DNA from: Octopus sinensis
Taxonomy: Eukaryota
Length of the DNA stretch: 64,000 nt
Assembly: GCF_006345805.1 (NCBI RefSeq)
Contig: NC_043003.1
Coordinates: 1,426,001 to 1,490,000, forward strand
Direction: 5' to 3'
Shown: positions 40,375-54,459 of the stretch, one piece after another
Position numbering within the stretch: the first letter of the stretch is position 1
Layout: every line of letters starts with the position of its first letter
Notes under the pieces: generated by a model
What the model was told of the DNA's origin: nothing
Databases searched by the model: none
Seen by the model: the letters and a program-made list of their open reading frames with translations, nothing else
Position numbers and translations under genes: made by a program

Positions 40375-41090
40375 ATGTTGTTGTTTATCATTACAGTTGA
40401 GGGTCACATGACGAGCTGGCAGAATCGTTACCTCGCGAAACAAAATTCTTTGCTGCATTTCGTGCGTCTTTATGTTCTGAGTTCAAATTCCACCGAGGTC
40501 GACTTAGCCTTTCGTCGTTTCGTAGTCGATTAAAATAAGTACCAGTGATGCACTGGGGTGATGTAATCGACTCCCCTCCCCTGAAATTGCTGGCCTGTGC
40601 CAAAATTTGAACCATTATTACAGCAGAGGGTAAGGCGACGAGCTGATAGAGTCATTAGCACACCGGACGAAATGCTTGGCGGCATTTCGTCCGTCTTTAC
40701 GTTCTAACTTCAAAATCCACCGAGGTCTGCTTTGCCTTTCATCCATTTTGGGTTCGCTAAAATAAGTACCCGACTGGGGTCAATGCAATCGATTATCCCT
40801 TTTCGAGGTTTGTGCCTATAGCAGAAAGGATTAATAGAACGGAGGCGAGGCGGCGAGGCGGCGAGCTGGCAGAATCAGTAACACGTCAGAGAAAATGCTT
40901 AGCGGCATTTCTTCCGTCTTTACGTTCTGAGTTCAAATTCCGCCGATGTCGACTCTGCTTCTATCTTTCCCAGATCGATAAAATAAATTACCGTTTGAAC
41001 ACTAGGATCGATATAATAACCCTTTACCAAAATTCCACTTCTTGTGTCTACAGTAGAAAGAATTATTACAAAAGTGGGGAAGAGATCGAT
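38587..41090 (+). repeat. Head-to-tail array of family B SINE units, including a ~905-bp near-identical tandem duplication
   Basis: About ten repeats of the gttctgagttcaaa...gtcgactttgcctttcatcc..gataaaataagtacc module. 38925-39828 is nearly identical to 39829-40731. Confidence 0.85.
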
Positions 41091-41418
41091 AAACCCCAAT
41101 ACCAGTGATGTACGTGTTTATCTAATCCATTATACGCTTTCACCTAAAATTAATGGTTTTGCTCGCCAATATTAGAAATAAACAATTAATGGAATCAGAT
41201 GAGAAAATACAGAGATTCGACTTTAAGAATTAAAGAATGTCTCTTGGCATCAAGGCGTGTATCTTTGCGTTCACTAATTGAATTCCCACTTACTGTGTCG
41301 ATAAAATAGATTTGAAATTTCTACGATTCCCAACCCCGACTTTGTAATCTTCTTCATCTCTCTCTGTTTTTCCATTATGTATGTTCATATACACATATAC
41401 ATATACATAAAATATAAA

Positions 41419-41454
<36 letters not shown>

Positions 41455-41575
41455 ATGTATTATATTATATACAAAATGTATGTAGCTGTATACATATATA
41501 TAGATATAAAAAACATCTATATATCATATAATATATATCTATAATATATATATATATATCTATATATATCTATAT

Positions 41576-41609
<34 letters not shown>

Positions 41610-42188
41610 CATATATAATATATATATATATTATATATACATACATATATATGTATACAGACATACATACATATATGTGTGTGTATGTATATATACATAG
41701 AGACATATATATGTATACATATATATAATATATACACGCATACATACATGCGTGCGTGTGCGTGCGTGGTGTGTGTGTGTGTGTGTGTGTGTGTACAGAA
41801 AGCATCTTCCTGTCTCTTCGGTTTCTTCCATAGAAACGATGCCTGCGTCTTTCAACAATATAGCTTTGGTTTGATCACGCGTTGATTACCATCTTGTTGT
41901 CGGGTTCGTCGGCAGAATAGTGTTACGTCATTTAATTCTTTTGATTCGCAAGAGATGATAGCCAGAAGAGAGATTTCGATAAAATAGCTTTCTTTAAACG
42001 AACATTATTTCTATTTTGTTGTTTACTCCACAACGACACAAAGTCGAAATTCCAGTCTTGGAAGAATCAAACGCCATACCGGTATTAATAGATGAATTCA
42101 GAAAGAACCAGTACCAAGAAATATTTTGATAACTTCACAAATTTTCCTCCTATTTTATATATGTTTTCTTTTATTTTCTGATTTCTAG

Positions 42189-42310
42189 ATTCTGCTAAAG
42201 AGACCCATACGGTTCCGGAGACAGATAAATCAACTACAATACACGGCCTTCTGTTACCTGAAAAGATTGCGACAGCAGCAAACGATTCTACGCTGGCGTT
42301 GCAAGACACG
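42189..42310 (+). CDS. TNFR-like gene, stalk exon (DSAKETHTVPETDKSTTIHGLLLPEKIATAANDSTLALQDT)
   Basis: Pyrimidine tract ttttattttctgatttctag| and strong donor ACG|gtaaga. 122 nt, phase 1 to 0, exactly bridging the phase-1 donor at 34344 and the phase-0 acceptor at 44610 with no stops. Not in the supplied ORF track. Confidence 0.78.
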
Positions 42311-42948
42311 GTAAGAAAAGAGTAGATGATCGCCGCCGCCATTCGCCTCACCCTCCTCATACGCAACTCCTGCTTTTCTTTTCCTCATCCAGGCAACACC
42401 ATATTTATCTCCCTTTAGTTCATCCTCTCTTCACTGTACCATCATTTCTATTCTGCTGCGTTGCACTGTTAGACATCTACTCCCTGACTTACTCCTGGCC
42501 CCTCTACCTCACTCATTCCTACCTACCTTGTAGATTAAAGGTCTATTCTGACATCTCGCCACCCCTATTTCTATCGTTCTCCACTTCCAACCGATCGTTC
42601 CCACCCTCTCTTCTAAAATGTGAGTAGTCGTATAGCTCCTCTGCAGCAAAAAAAAAACATGTTCTGCCCCGGCCTTTTTCTGTCCTAATTTACTCCCTTC
42701 TGCTCCTCATCTTCTGTTTAGGAGTCGCCCCCGTTTAGGGTTCGTTGTCCCGTAAGCTGCATGGCGTTCTCACCGAGCGCTGGTGGCACGGAAATGCGCA
42801 CAGTTCTTGTTGTAAAGTGGTTACCATTAGGAAAAGCATCCGGCCATAGAAGCTATGCCAAAACATACTGGAGAACAATGAACTCCTTGGGCCCACCGGC
42901 TCCTGTCAAACAGTCCAGCCCATTCCAGCATGGAACACAGATGTTTAA

Positions 42949-42986
<38 letters not shown>

Positions 42987-43265
42987 ATATAGGTGTGGGT
43001 GTGTGTGTATGCCCGCGCGCGTGTGTGAAGCTAACTATTTCATCTAACGTTGCTCAGTTCCTTCCTAAGTGGTGTGACCAATCAAGTATTCATAATTCGT
43101 AATGGTCTCTCATAAGCGTTCCTGAAATATTGACGAAAAATAGAAAAATCAAATATATGTTACTATTTCAATGAAGACGAGTAGGTTATGAAAAATCGCT
43201 GAATGCCGTTTTTTTTACCGTCTGGAATATATCACATAACCAGAAACGCGGGCAGTAATGGAGTG

Positions 43266-43340
<75 letters not shown>

Positions 43341-43547
43341 ATCTATATATATATATACATATATATAAATAAACCACACATATTTACACACACACACACA
43401 TAATATATACTGATGACTTGCATGTTTATTCTTAAAATGTTCCGGCAGATTCGAACGCGAATATGCTATTCACTTTTGAGTTTCGTCATTGGTGAACAGC
43501 TCCTGCTTTCATTCATACAAACATTACACACTAGATTAGTAAGGCTA

Positions 43548-43595
43548 CTTTAAGACATCCGGTATTTCGACATCGTCGTGTCTCGTCGATCAAAG
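43548..43595 (-). ncRNA. Type I hammerhead motif, degenerate core (retrozyme-like family, copy C)
   Basis: Minus strand: cuuuga-UCGACGA-GACA cgacga UGUC-GAAAU-accggau-GUC-uuaaag. 6-bp helix I and perfect helix II; core CU is swapped to UC. Confidence 0.6.
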
Positions 43596-43844
43596 CACTC
43601 TGAACTAATGAATCTAACCAGAGTGTGGGTCTCTTGTTAATGACTTCAACAAATAAATTGTTTGCTGAGGCAATCTGGTATTTACCAGCCAATAATAAGT
43701 CGCCATGTTCACGATGAACAACGAAAATCAAAATGATGACTTTAATATCTATCCTTAATACGTGAATATGTTGTTCGCTGTTGAGTTTCGTCATTGGAGA
43801 ACAACTTCTCCTTTGCGACGAAGGTATGTTAATATTACACTCGA

Positions 43845-43892
43845 CTTTGAGACACCCGGTGTTTCAACATCATTGTGTCTACTCAGTCAAAG
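43845..43892 (-). ncRNA. Type I hammerhead motif, one core substitution (retrozyme-like family, copy D)
   Basis: Minus strand: cuuuga-CUGAGUA-GACA caauga UGUU-GAAAC-accgggu-GUC-ucaaag. Perfect 6-bp helix I; G8 is changed to U. Confidence 0.62.
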
Positions 43893-44383
43893 ACACCCAG
43901 AACTGATGGTTATGAGCACAATGGTTATCACACAACAATTTTATTCTATTTTTCTCAAGTCCAAAAGGACGGCTAACTTTCCTACTAACGTTATTTCACA
44001 CAACACATCTTATTGCTGTCGCCATGTCGGAACATATTCCATGCCTGCGAATATCTCTCTGAGTCGTTTTGAATGTTTTTATGTTATTGTCTTTGTTTGT
44101 GTCTTTTGTCATAGATTTTTCCTATTCTCCTTAGAATTCCTCTTGATTTACCATTCTGTCCTCTTATTGCCTTCTTCTTGTACTTCTTACATTTTTTCTG
44201 TTCTTGCTCGTCTGCTACGTCCGCTCACTTCTACCCCAGTTGCTTCTCTTGCTGACACCACCAAACTGAACAATATTCTCAGCAGGGGTCGAAACTGAGA
44301 TGATATTTGATCAATAATAGATGAGGGATTGAGCTTGTCTGAATCGGTTGTGTGAAAGTGGGGAGTGTGTGTGTGTGTGTGTG

Positions 44384-44422
<39 letters not shown>

Positions 44423-44534
44423 TGTGTGCTTTTTCTGTTTTACAGTTAATTCCTTCGTCGTCCTCCCGTGCCTCGTTTTCATTGTATATATATATATATA
44501 TATATTTATTTGACTATGTTTGCCCGAACGTGTA

Positions 44535-44566
<32 letters not shown>

Positions 44567-44609
44567 GCAATCATTCTTTTTATATAATAATTTTTCTTTT
44601 ATTTCACAG

Positions 44610-44735
44610 GAACCGAATCATTTCAACTCAACCGGTGTGGTACTGGGCTCAGTCTTCACCATAATAGCCCTCATCATCGTCTTTTTGGTCATCTTACACC
44701 TGTGTGGAAAGAAAAGAAACACGAAAGATATGCGG
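44610..44735 (+). CDS. TNFR-like gene, transmembrane exon (EPNHFNSTGVVLGSVFTIIALIIVFLVILHLCGKKRNTKDMR)
   Basis: Acceptor tttttcttttatttcacag|GAA. ~23-aa hydrophobic helix followed by the basic stop-transfer KKR. Donor CGG|gttagt (phase 0). The frame also reads through to TAA at 44904-44906. Confidence 0.8.
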
Positions 44736-45495
44736 GTTAGTACCGGATGTTTGATGCGCTCGCTCTCCGCCTTGTCTAATCATGGCAGCCGATTGTATCA
44801 CCGCAGTAATAATCGGCGACCGCCGCCTGTCGCTGCCAATAACGACAGCGTTACTTACATGCCAACGCCCAACTCCAATGCAGAAGCTGGCCCTGACGAG
44901 TTGTAAAAGAGTAGAGAGCATGTCTCGCCCGGAGGAATCTGGAAGTTTTTCGTCATTTTTTTAGCGCTATGTATTTGTGTGTATGCGCGCATACATGTGT
45001 GTGTGTGTGTGTGTGTTGCAAATGCGTACGTGCATATACAGATACGTATACATGTGTATATATATCTTCACGTATATATATATATATATGAAAGCATGTA
45101 ATTATGTATGTGTATATGCATACATATGTACATATATAAGCATAGATAGGTGTATTTATATATATATGTGCATATATCTATATGTACATACGCGCCTATG
45201 AATATATATATATGTGCGTGCGCGTGTGTGTAATGTAATCTTATATCTTCATATATGTTTAAATTTATGTAAATATATGTGTGTGTATGCATATATATAC
45301 ATCTATATGTATGTCTATATATGCTTATATATATATATTCATATATGTATATGAATATATACGCATATATGTCTATACATGTGTGTATGTACATATATGT
45401 GAATATACATATATATATATATATATATGCATACATATATACTTATATCTATGTATGCATATGTACACACATACACATATATATAGTGCGTATGT

Positions 45496-45534
<39 letters not shown>

Positions 45535-46769
45535 CATGTATCATATATTCATATATATGTCTATATGTATGTGTATACATACATGCACATTCCTTTCTTC
45601 GCTTACAACGCATTTACATTTACTCACACGTCACACGCATACACACACACATACACACACACATACACACACGCATACACACACGCATACACACACACAT
45701 ACACACACACGCACATATCGGCGCACAAATACAGCCACACACGCACACACACTCACATGTACCTGCGCGCACACACACACACACGCACGCACACACACAC
45801 ACATACACATTCATGTACATGTTTACATCCATCATGTCAATGAAAAAATTGCCTGAAATTCCGGAATTTTCTCGGTGAGCTGCTTTCCACTTTATTTTGA
45901 AGAACCAGGTTCTATTTGCCCCATAATTCTTTTATCCACCTTAATCCATATAGATCTGAGATTGCATGATCAATGTCAATCGATCAGTTCATCAATCAAT
46001 CATTATTCATCTCGCACAAATGTTCTATAGCCTGACCAGTTATGTTTTTTACAAATCGTCTGCGTCTACAGAGAAGTAGACTGTTGGATCAGATTAGAAA
46101 CCGGCTTTTTTCTCTGTTGTCAAGAAGGCTAGAAATAAAACCAAATAATAGCAAACATACAGAAATGCATTCATAAATACATTAATACATACATATATAC
46201 ATGCATATATACATATATACACACAGCCATGCATATATAGATAAATACAAACATTAGAAGTTTAGAAGTTGGGTATATATGCGCATGTCTAGCCATGCAG
46301 TTATATGCATGAGAATACATATAAATTTTCACATGCACCGACTCCAAATCCTGCACACATACACACAAACACACACGGATACCCTGTTGATGTAATTGCA
46401 ATTCCACTGAGGGAGCCTTGGATCTAGGTTAGAAACCGGCTCTTTCTCTATTGGCAAAAAATCTTAAAATAAAACTGAATAGCATACATACATACATACA
46501 TACATGCATACATACATACATACATACAAACAGGCAGACAGACAGACAGAAAGGAGAAAGCTGATTCGAAGTTTACTGATCCAATCCATCACTGGAACTG
46601 TAAAAATCTGTAAAACTTTCCAGAAGTTTAGCATTTAAATATATATGAGCATGTCTAGATATGTGAGTATATGCATGAGAATACATACATAAAACATACA
46701 AATCTGCACATACATATATACATACATACACACACACATACATACATACATACATACATACACATACAT

Positions 46770-46804
<35 letters not shown>

Positions 46805-48202
46805 TACATACATACATACATACATACATACATACATACATACATACATACATACATACATACGTACGTACGTACGTACGTACACACATATATACATACA
46901 TACATACATGCATACATACATACATACATACATACATACGTACGTACGTACGTACGTACGTACACATACATACATACATACATGCATGCATACATACATA
47001 CATACATACATACACACAGACATACATACATACATACATACATACATACATACATACATGATAGCGCATTTACTATAGGTAGAGAAGAGGGGGGTCAGGA
47101 TAGATGTCGCAAACGATCAAGAGAGAGAGAGAGAGAGAGAAGGGATGACGTTTTTACTGAGACAGGGGCAGAGTAGAATAAAATAGAATAAAAGATTCTG
47201 CTTGAAAGAAATGCAGGAGAAAGAATTGAGAAATTTTAGGAAATTTGGAAATTTGATAAATAAAAAAAAGTCGAAGAAAAATATTTTGAAAAGCAAGCGT
47301 GAAACAGAAACAAAGGCAAAGGGAAAAAATAGGGAGACTCACAACATTCGTTTGTGTTTGGGAGGTAGCAAAAGGACCGGACGTAGATGAGGAATGGTAT
47401 TCCACTTAGAAAAACCGTCGAAAATCAAAGTTTGAGAATGTTAGTTTTGATAGATACCCTTTGTGTATCAATAATGATTTATCGAATATCGTACTTAGGA
47501 GCAACAATAGCTCATGGAAACAAAAGGTTATGCTTTTTTTGTCAGAACTAGGTAATACACCGTTGCTATTCCACTTTGTTCGTTGAGGTCGATTTTGCCT
47601 TTTCATGGTTCATAAAATAAGTACCAACTGGGGCCGATGTAATCGACTTACCCACTATCCCGAAATTGCTGGCCTTGTGTCAAAAATAGAAATCAATATG
47701 GCACTTCGATTTTTTTAAGGCGACAAACTGGCAGACTCGTTACCGCGCCGGACGAAATGCTTAGCGGCATTCCGTCCGTCTTTACGTTCTCAGTTCAAAC
47801 TCCGACGAGGTCGACTTTGCCTTTCATCCTTCCAGGGTCGACAAAATAAGTACCAGTTGAACATTGGGGTCGAAGTGATTGATTTACCCGCTTCCTCCAT
47901 ATTACTCGCCTTCTGCTTAGATTTGAAACCAATATTACAGTTTGTTTCTTTCCTTCTCTCCCTTTACTTTTTTCTCTTTTTCTCCCCCCGCTGCATCCCT
48001 CTCTCTCCCTTTTTCTCTCCCCCTCTCGCTTCTCTCCACCCTAACCCTCTCAGTCACTCCTAGTCTTTGTTCTCTCTTCATCCAGTCCAGCGTCATCATC
48101 ATCGTTATTATTGTTATCGTTGTTGTTAGTGTCACGTGATTCAAATATGTCGTCCATATTTTATTTAGTAAAAAGCTTATTCTTCTTTATGTTTCTATCG
48201 CA

Positions 48203-48261
<59 letters not shown>

Positions 48262-49403
48262 AAACATCATTTGATAAATTGCTATTCACTCATCAAAAAC
48301 AACTATTTTTATAAAGAACTCAAAAAAGTAACTATATATAATCACTGCATTTAAATTTTACACCGAAAAAAAAATTACTTCATTATACAAAACAAATTTT
48401 GGATAAATTTACTTCGAACATACTCGTTTAAAGATCAAAGAATAGCGAACTATTTTCTAAATATTATTATTATTATTATATATGTTTTAAGACATCAAAG
48501 ATGATCCAACACAAAACTGATCCAATTTTCGACAATCCTAATTGCTTCGACAATCATTATTGGAATCTAATGCTCCATTGTTATGTCATTTTGCTTGCCA
48601 ACGCTTTTCTCCAACCTCTCCTTTCATTATTACCATCTGTTTTGTGTTGTTTTAACTATTTGATTATTCCTATTTTTGCTTTCAAATTTCATATGTCATG
48701 GTGATGTCTTGTGTTATGTAATGTGCTACATTGTCAATAAAAAATATTCCGCAGCCAATTTCATGTCAAAACTTTCTGTCTTTGTTCCAACTAACACTCA
48801 TTGTCTCAAAACCTTTGTTCATCTCTATGTTTGCATGTTATTGTGTCTTTCTTGCTTGCAGCCCCGTTTTTATTTCTTCCTAATCCCTTTCGCTATCAAT
48901 GTATGGAAAGAAACAAATTTAACTGTTATAAAATATGCGCATGAACCTCAGGCATTCATAAAACTCGTGTTTCCATTGACATTCCGTCATATTAGGCGAT
49001 ATAAAATGTCAAAGCTGTCAGGGGATAGAATGTTAGGTAATAGCAAGAGAAATTCGTAATCTATATACGACAATTGAAGGAACTAAAGCAAAGAGAATTA
49101 AGTATTCCTCGGAGGAATATTTAAAGCAGTTATAATCTTATATTGGACAGCGTGAAGAACCTCAGCCATTTTGCTTCTACAGTTGCGTAAAATATAACTA
49201 AAAATGGTGAACCAATGGAAAAGCATATATGTAGGTGCTTGTATTGCTAGAAATAGAATCAAAATTTCCTCCAAAATGAAATCTTATTGTCATTAAGAAA
49301 GATAAAATAAAATGGCTTCTATGGTCATGTAGTTTGAAGTAAATATCTTTGAGTCTAGCGTTGGTCGATCGGGAAAGAGCAAGGGCAAACAAAAACAACA
49401 ACA

Positions 49404-49479
<76 letters not shown>

Positions 49480-49498
49480 TAATAATGATAATAATAAT

Positions 49499-49553
<55 letters not shown>

Positions 49554-49783
49554 GGTTTCAAATTTAATAACTTAATAACTCTTTACTCTTTTTTACTCTT
49601 TTACTTGTTTCAGTCATGACTGCGGCCATGCTGGAGCACCGCCTTTAGTCGAGCAACTCGACCCCGGGATTTATTTTTTGTAAGCCCAGTACTTTTCTAT
49701 CGGTCTCTTTTTGCCGAACCGCTAAGTGACAGGGACGTTAAACACACCAGCATCGGTTGTCAAGCAATGCTAGGGGGACAAAT

Positions 49784-49868
<85 letters not shown>

Positions 49869-51896
49869 CATATATACGACAGGCTTCTTTCAGTTTCCGT
49901 CTACCAAAATCCACTCACAAGGCATTGGTCGGCCCGGGGCTATAGCAGAAGACACTGCCCAAGATGCACGCAGTGGGACTGAACCCGGAACCATGTGGTT
50001 GGTTTGCAAGCTACTTACCACACAGCCACTCCTGCGCCTGATGTAATTTTACAAAATTCTTCATTTTCAAATCAAATTGAATTAATGGTAGTGTATTTCT
50101 GCAGAAATGTGGTAAGAAAAAGGTTAAGCGTAACAGTAGCAGAATCATTCTCTTTTGGTCTTGGAGTGCCTCTGAAAGCCATTGATACAAACCCTTTCTA
50201 TTAAGCTGAGCTAAATAGATATGCGGCAGCCTTCGTGTGTTTGAGAAAGGCGTATCTGGAAATCTTAGCGTAATTCTCTAAAGTGGCTCTTACTTTTCCA
50301 GCGATGTACATGCAATTGGATAAGTTTAAGAAAAAATACATTTCGTGATATCCATGTCATGATTTTCCGGAATACGACACTTTCGTAACACGGAAGGATA
50401 CCTGCTAACGCACGCGCGTGCGCACCAAGACGTGTATCTGTGAAAATATTTATAAATACGTATATAGTTTGAGATTCGAGTAAAAACCTTGACGAATGCT
50501 TTACAAATCACGTCTTCAGTTATTGGCTACCTGATGTTACCATACCTTGGGAATCCTCCCACTACTAAATATACATCAGGAATGCCATAGTGTCCGTAGT
50601 GTTATTATAAATAGATGCATGACAGAAAATGGAATTAACGACATTGTTTATTTAAAAATCACTCCAGTTGTTGCAACACATTCATACATATTTCCTTCAT
50701 AGGTAATATGCTGTGCAATCATTATCTAACATCTAAGGTGTAGAATTCTTCGTTAGATCCTCTCACCATTTCACTCAGTTTCATAATGTATATTCCCCCA
50801 AGGAGACGCGTCACTCGCAGCAGTTTACAGACAAAACGAAGACCGTCGATATAACGACAGACAATCGCAGGCGTGGCTTTGTGGTGGGAAGCTTGATTCC
50901 CGAACACATGGCTCCGCGTTCAGTCCCACTGTCTTCATTCAAGCTCCGGGCCGACAAAAGTCTTGTGAGTGGATTTGGTAGGCGGAAACTGTAAGAAGCC
51001 TGTCATATATATATATGTGTGTGTGTGTGCCTTTGTGTCTGTTTTTGTCTGCTACCCTACCACCACTTAACACCCGGTGATGGTGTGTTTGTGTCTTTGT
51101 AAACTAGCGGTTCGGTAAATGATACCGATAGAATAAATATTATGCTTTAAAAAAAGGTTCTGAGGTCAATTTGTTCGACTAAAATTCATCAAGGCGGTGC
51201 CCCAGCATGGCCACAGTCTAATGAGTGAAACAGATATAAAATATATATATGATTTTTTTAAATAAACAAAAGTAAAGGGTCAGGCCAACTATAAATTACT
51301 ATTCTTTCTTAATGGTTAGATTATAATAAATTATAGATTATAATAAATTATAGATTATAAGGAAGAAAGTTCCAAACAAACTAAAGAATAAAATAAAGAA
51401 CAAAATAAAGTGTTTAAAGATAATAAGGGGTATAAGGAGGTTGAAAGCACTTGGGTTGTTATCCATTGTCTCCTTGTCTCTCTTTTAAGGATCTAAATTT
51501 CCTTCCGTCTCTTGCGACGAAAACAACTTCCCCATCTCAGACAAGAACCAGCCTCGATTTCAAGTTGGTTGACGACCGTTTGGTTGTCGTCTGCTTTCTT
51601 TGAAACAATCAGAAAGAAAGATGAGTTAGTAGGCATCGTTACCCGTCCCCCGCACACATACATACATGGTGGCTGCCCCATCGTTATCGAGTATGGCCAT
51701 TGCACGAAGCTTAATCAATGTTGTTATCGTGCAATGCTTGTGCAAGAAGATTTTTTTTAAGAGAGGAAAGGCTGTGCACATACATACATACACAGAGACA
51801 CACACACATTGTATGTATATATATATATATATATAGTGTGTGTGTGTGTGTGGTGTGTGTGTGTGTGCGTGTTGTGTATGTATAATATATATATAT

Positions 51897-51938
<42 letters not shown>

Positions 51939-51976
51939 ATATATCTATATATATATATATATATAATTATATATTA

Positions 51977-52011
<35 letters not shown>

Positions 52012-52854
52012 ACATATGCATACACATATACATGTGTGTGCATACATATGTATACATATACATACACAATATGTATATTTATATGTAAGTATATACACAC
52101 ATGCATGTATGTATATATATATATGAGTATATGTATATATATGTACATATATATACATATATATATAATATATATAATATATATATATGTAAAATATGTA
52201 TATACTCACACACACATGCACACGCACATGCACACACACACACACACATACGCACACACACACATATGTATATATATATATACCTATATATATTACACAC
52301 ACACACACAATTCTTTTTCCGTGCTCGCTCTGTCACTTAGACACATTCTATACGTAGATCAACATCCGTTTATAATCCATTTCCGGAAAGTACAAAATTA
52401 GAAAATTAAAAAAGAAAAACTAAAATAAGGTAAACTAAAATGACAATGGTTTTGTAGTTAATTCTGGTATCTAACATTATAAAGTTATGAAAGAACAATA
52501 GCAGAAGCCATTGCCCTGCTGACAGTCTGAATATTAACCGACTGTAATCATCATTGTCAGTGATAAGAAAAAGCGACAAAACTGGAGTAATTGGAGCGGT
52601 CAAGTAGGTTGCGTTTAGATAATGGTAATTGAAGGGAGATAATTAACGCGTGTTTGAAACCAGTGCAGAATGTGCAGAATCGAGTTGAATTCCGCATTGA
52701 ATGACGTCAGAGGAATGGATTATAAATAAATGTTGATCTAAGCGTAGAATGTGCCGATTCAGTAGAGAGAGAACAGAAAAACACGTGTAACAATATACGC
52801 ATATATATTATATATATATACATATATATCATATATATATATATATATACATAG

Positions 52855-52886
<32 letters not shown>

Positions 52887-52888
52887 TA

Positions 52889-52932
<44 letters not shown>

Positions 52933-54215
52933 TGTATATATATATATATATATCAGTTTTACTCAGTTTTCCCATTGCTAAAAGTTTCGTGGGTGCGGAA
53001 GGCGCGTCCATCTCATCAGATGGTAGAAGCAGTTGAAATATATGTACCTACCAAAGGTTTTGAGTGCTACTATCTTTCGTTTGTTCAATCACTCGCACGT
53101 GTGGGTGTGTGTGGGGGGGGTTATTGTGGGTCTGTCTGTCTATCTGTGCATATGTATGTATGTATGTATGTATGATGTATGTATGTATGTATGTATGTAT
53201 GTAATGGAACAAATATTTTGGGCTTAACTCACAATGTTCGGATTTTCGTCAGTAAGGAGACCATGTGGGGTCGAAACACCGTGCCTAATAATTGAGAAAC
53301 TTTAAAGCAAAAGAATTAGTTAATCCATATTATGATAATAATAAACAATCTAAGGTCAAATGTGAGTACGTTAAGGATATGTATTTTGGATAAAGAAAGC
53401 ATTTGTATGTCGAATTCTGCCATGATATGGAGGATGTTATCACAACATCTCATAAGAGTAATAAGAAGAATGTGAGCCTAGCGAATGGAAGTTTATTTAA
53501 TAACAGACTAAATTAACTATGTAATTGTAGGAATCGTCTACAGTGTCCCTGAATAACCAATAACAAAGGAAAAATATAACCTATAACTGCTCTGTAACGC
53601 GCGAAAAAATATACTGTTATTGAGGCGCTTCCGCCACAAAATTTTGAATCTATTTATATAAATATAAGTTTTCATTTAAATACAAGAGAAAAGAAAACAT
53701 CCTTTCATTAAGCAAATTTAATTGAAGCCAGAAAGAGAGGCTTCAGTAAATACTGTATTAAACGGTCTGTAAAAGACAGTGCTCTGCCATATAATGAAGG
53801 GAAGACGCTGCAGATCCTTAAATCCATAATAAATAAGCGAAAGGATTTCATATCACGCTGCTCACATTCATACAGAAGACCTTTCCAAAGGTTCTCAAAT
53901 AAATATACTAATTAATTAGCGTACCTTAATAATGTATAAATACATAAATTCTATTTTTTAGTTGATTTACTATAGCTTATACTTCTTTGTAGGGATTAAT
54001 ATCATATATTCTTTTGTTCTTTTATTCTTTTACTTGTTTCAGTCATTTGACTGCGGCCATGCTGGAACACCGCCTTTAGTCGAGCAAATCGACTCCAGGA
54101 CTTATTCTTTGTAAGCCTTATTCTATCAGGGGACGTAAACACACCAGCATGAGTTGTCAAGCGATGCTGGAGACAAACATACACACACGCATACATACAT
54201 ACATACATACATACA

Positions 54216-54293
<78 letters not shown>

Positions 54294-54412
54294 ATATGAT
54301 ATTCATATATATACATATATATATATATTATATATATATATACATGTATATATATATATAAATATATATAATATTCAATATGTGTATATATATATGCATG
54401 TATATTTATATA

Positions 54413-54459
<47 letters not shown>

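Noticed and set aside
38587-41090. CRISPR-like array
   Set aside because: Eukaryotic SINE units of 150-250 bp without constant repeats and unique spacers.
44240-44298. Phase-1 acceptor giving a TM-less terminal exon (soluble decoy isoform)
   Set aside because: Only an AG after a pyrimidine tract. It would need skipping of the well-supported 42189 exon, and no clear poly(A) signal follows.
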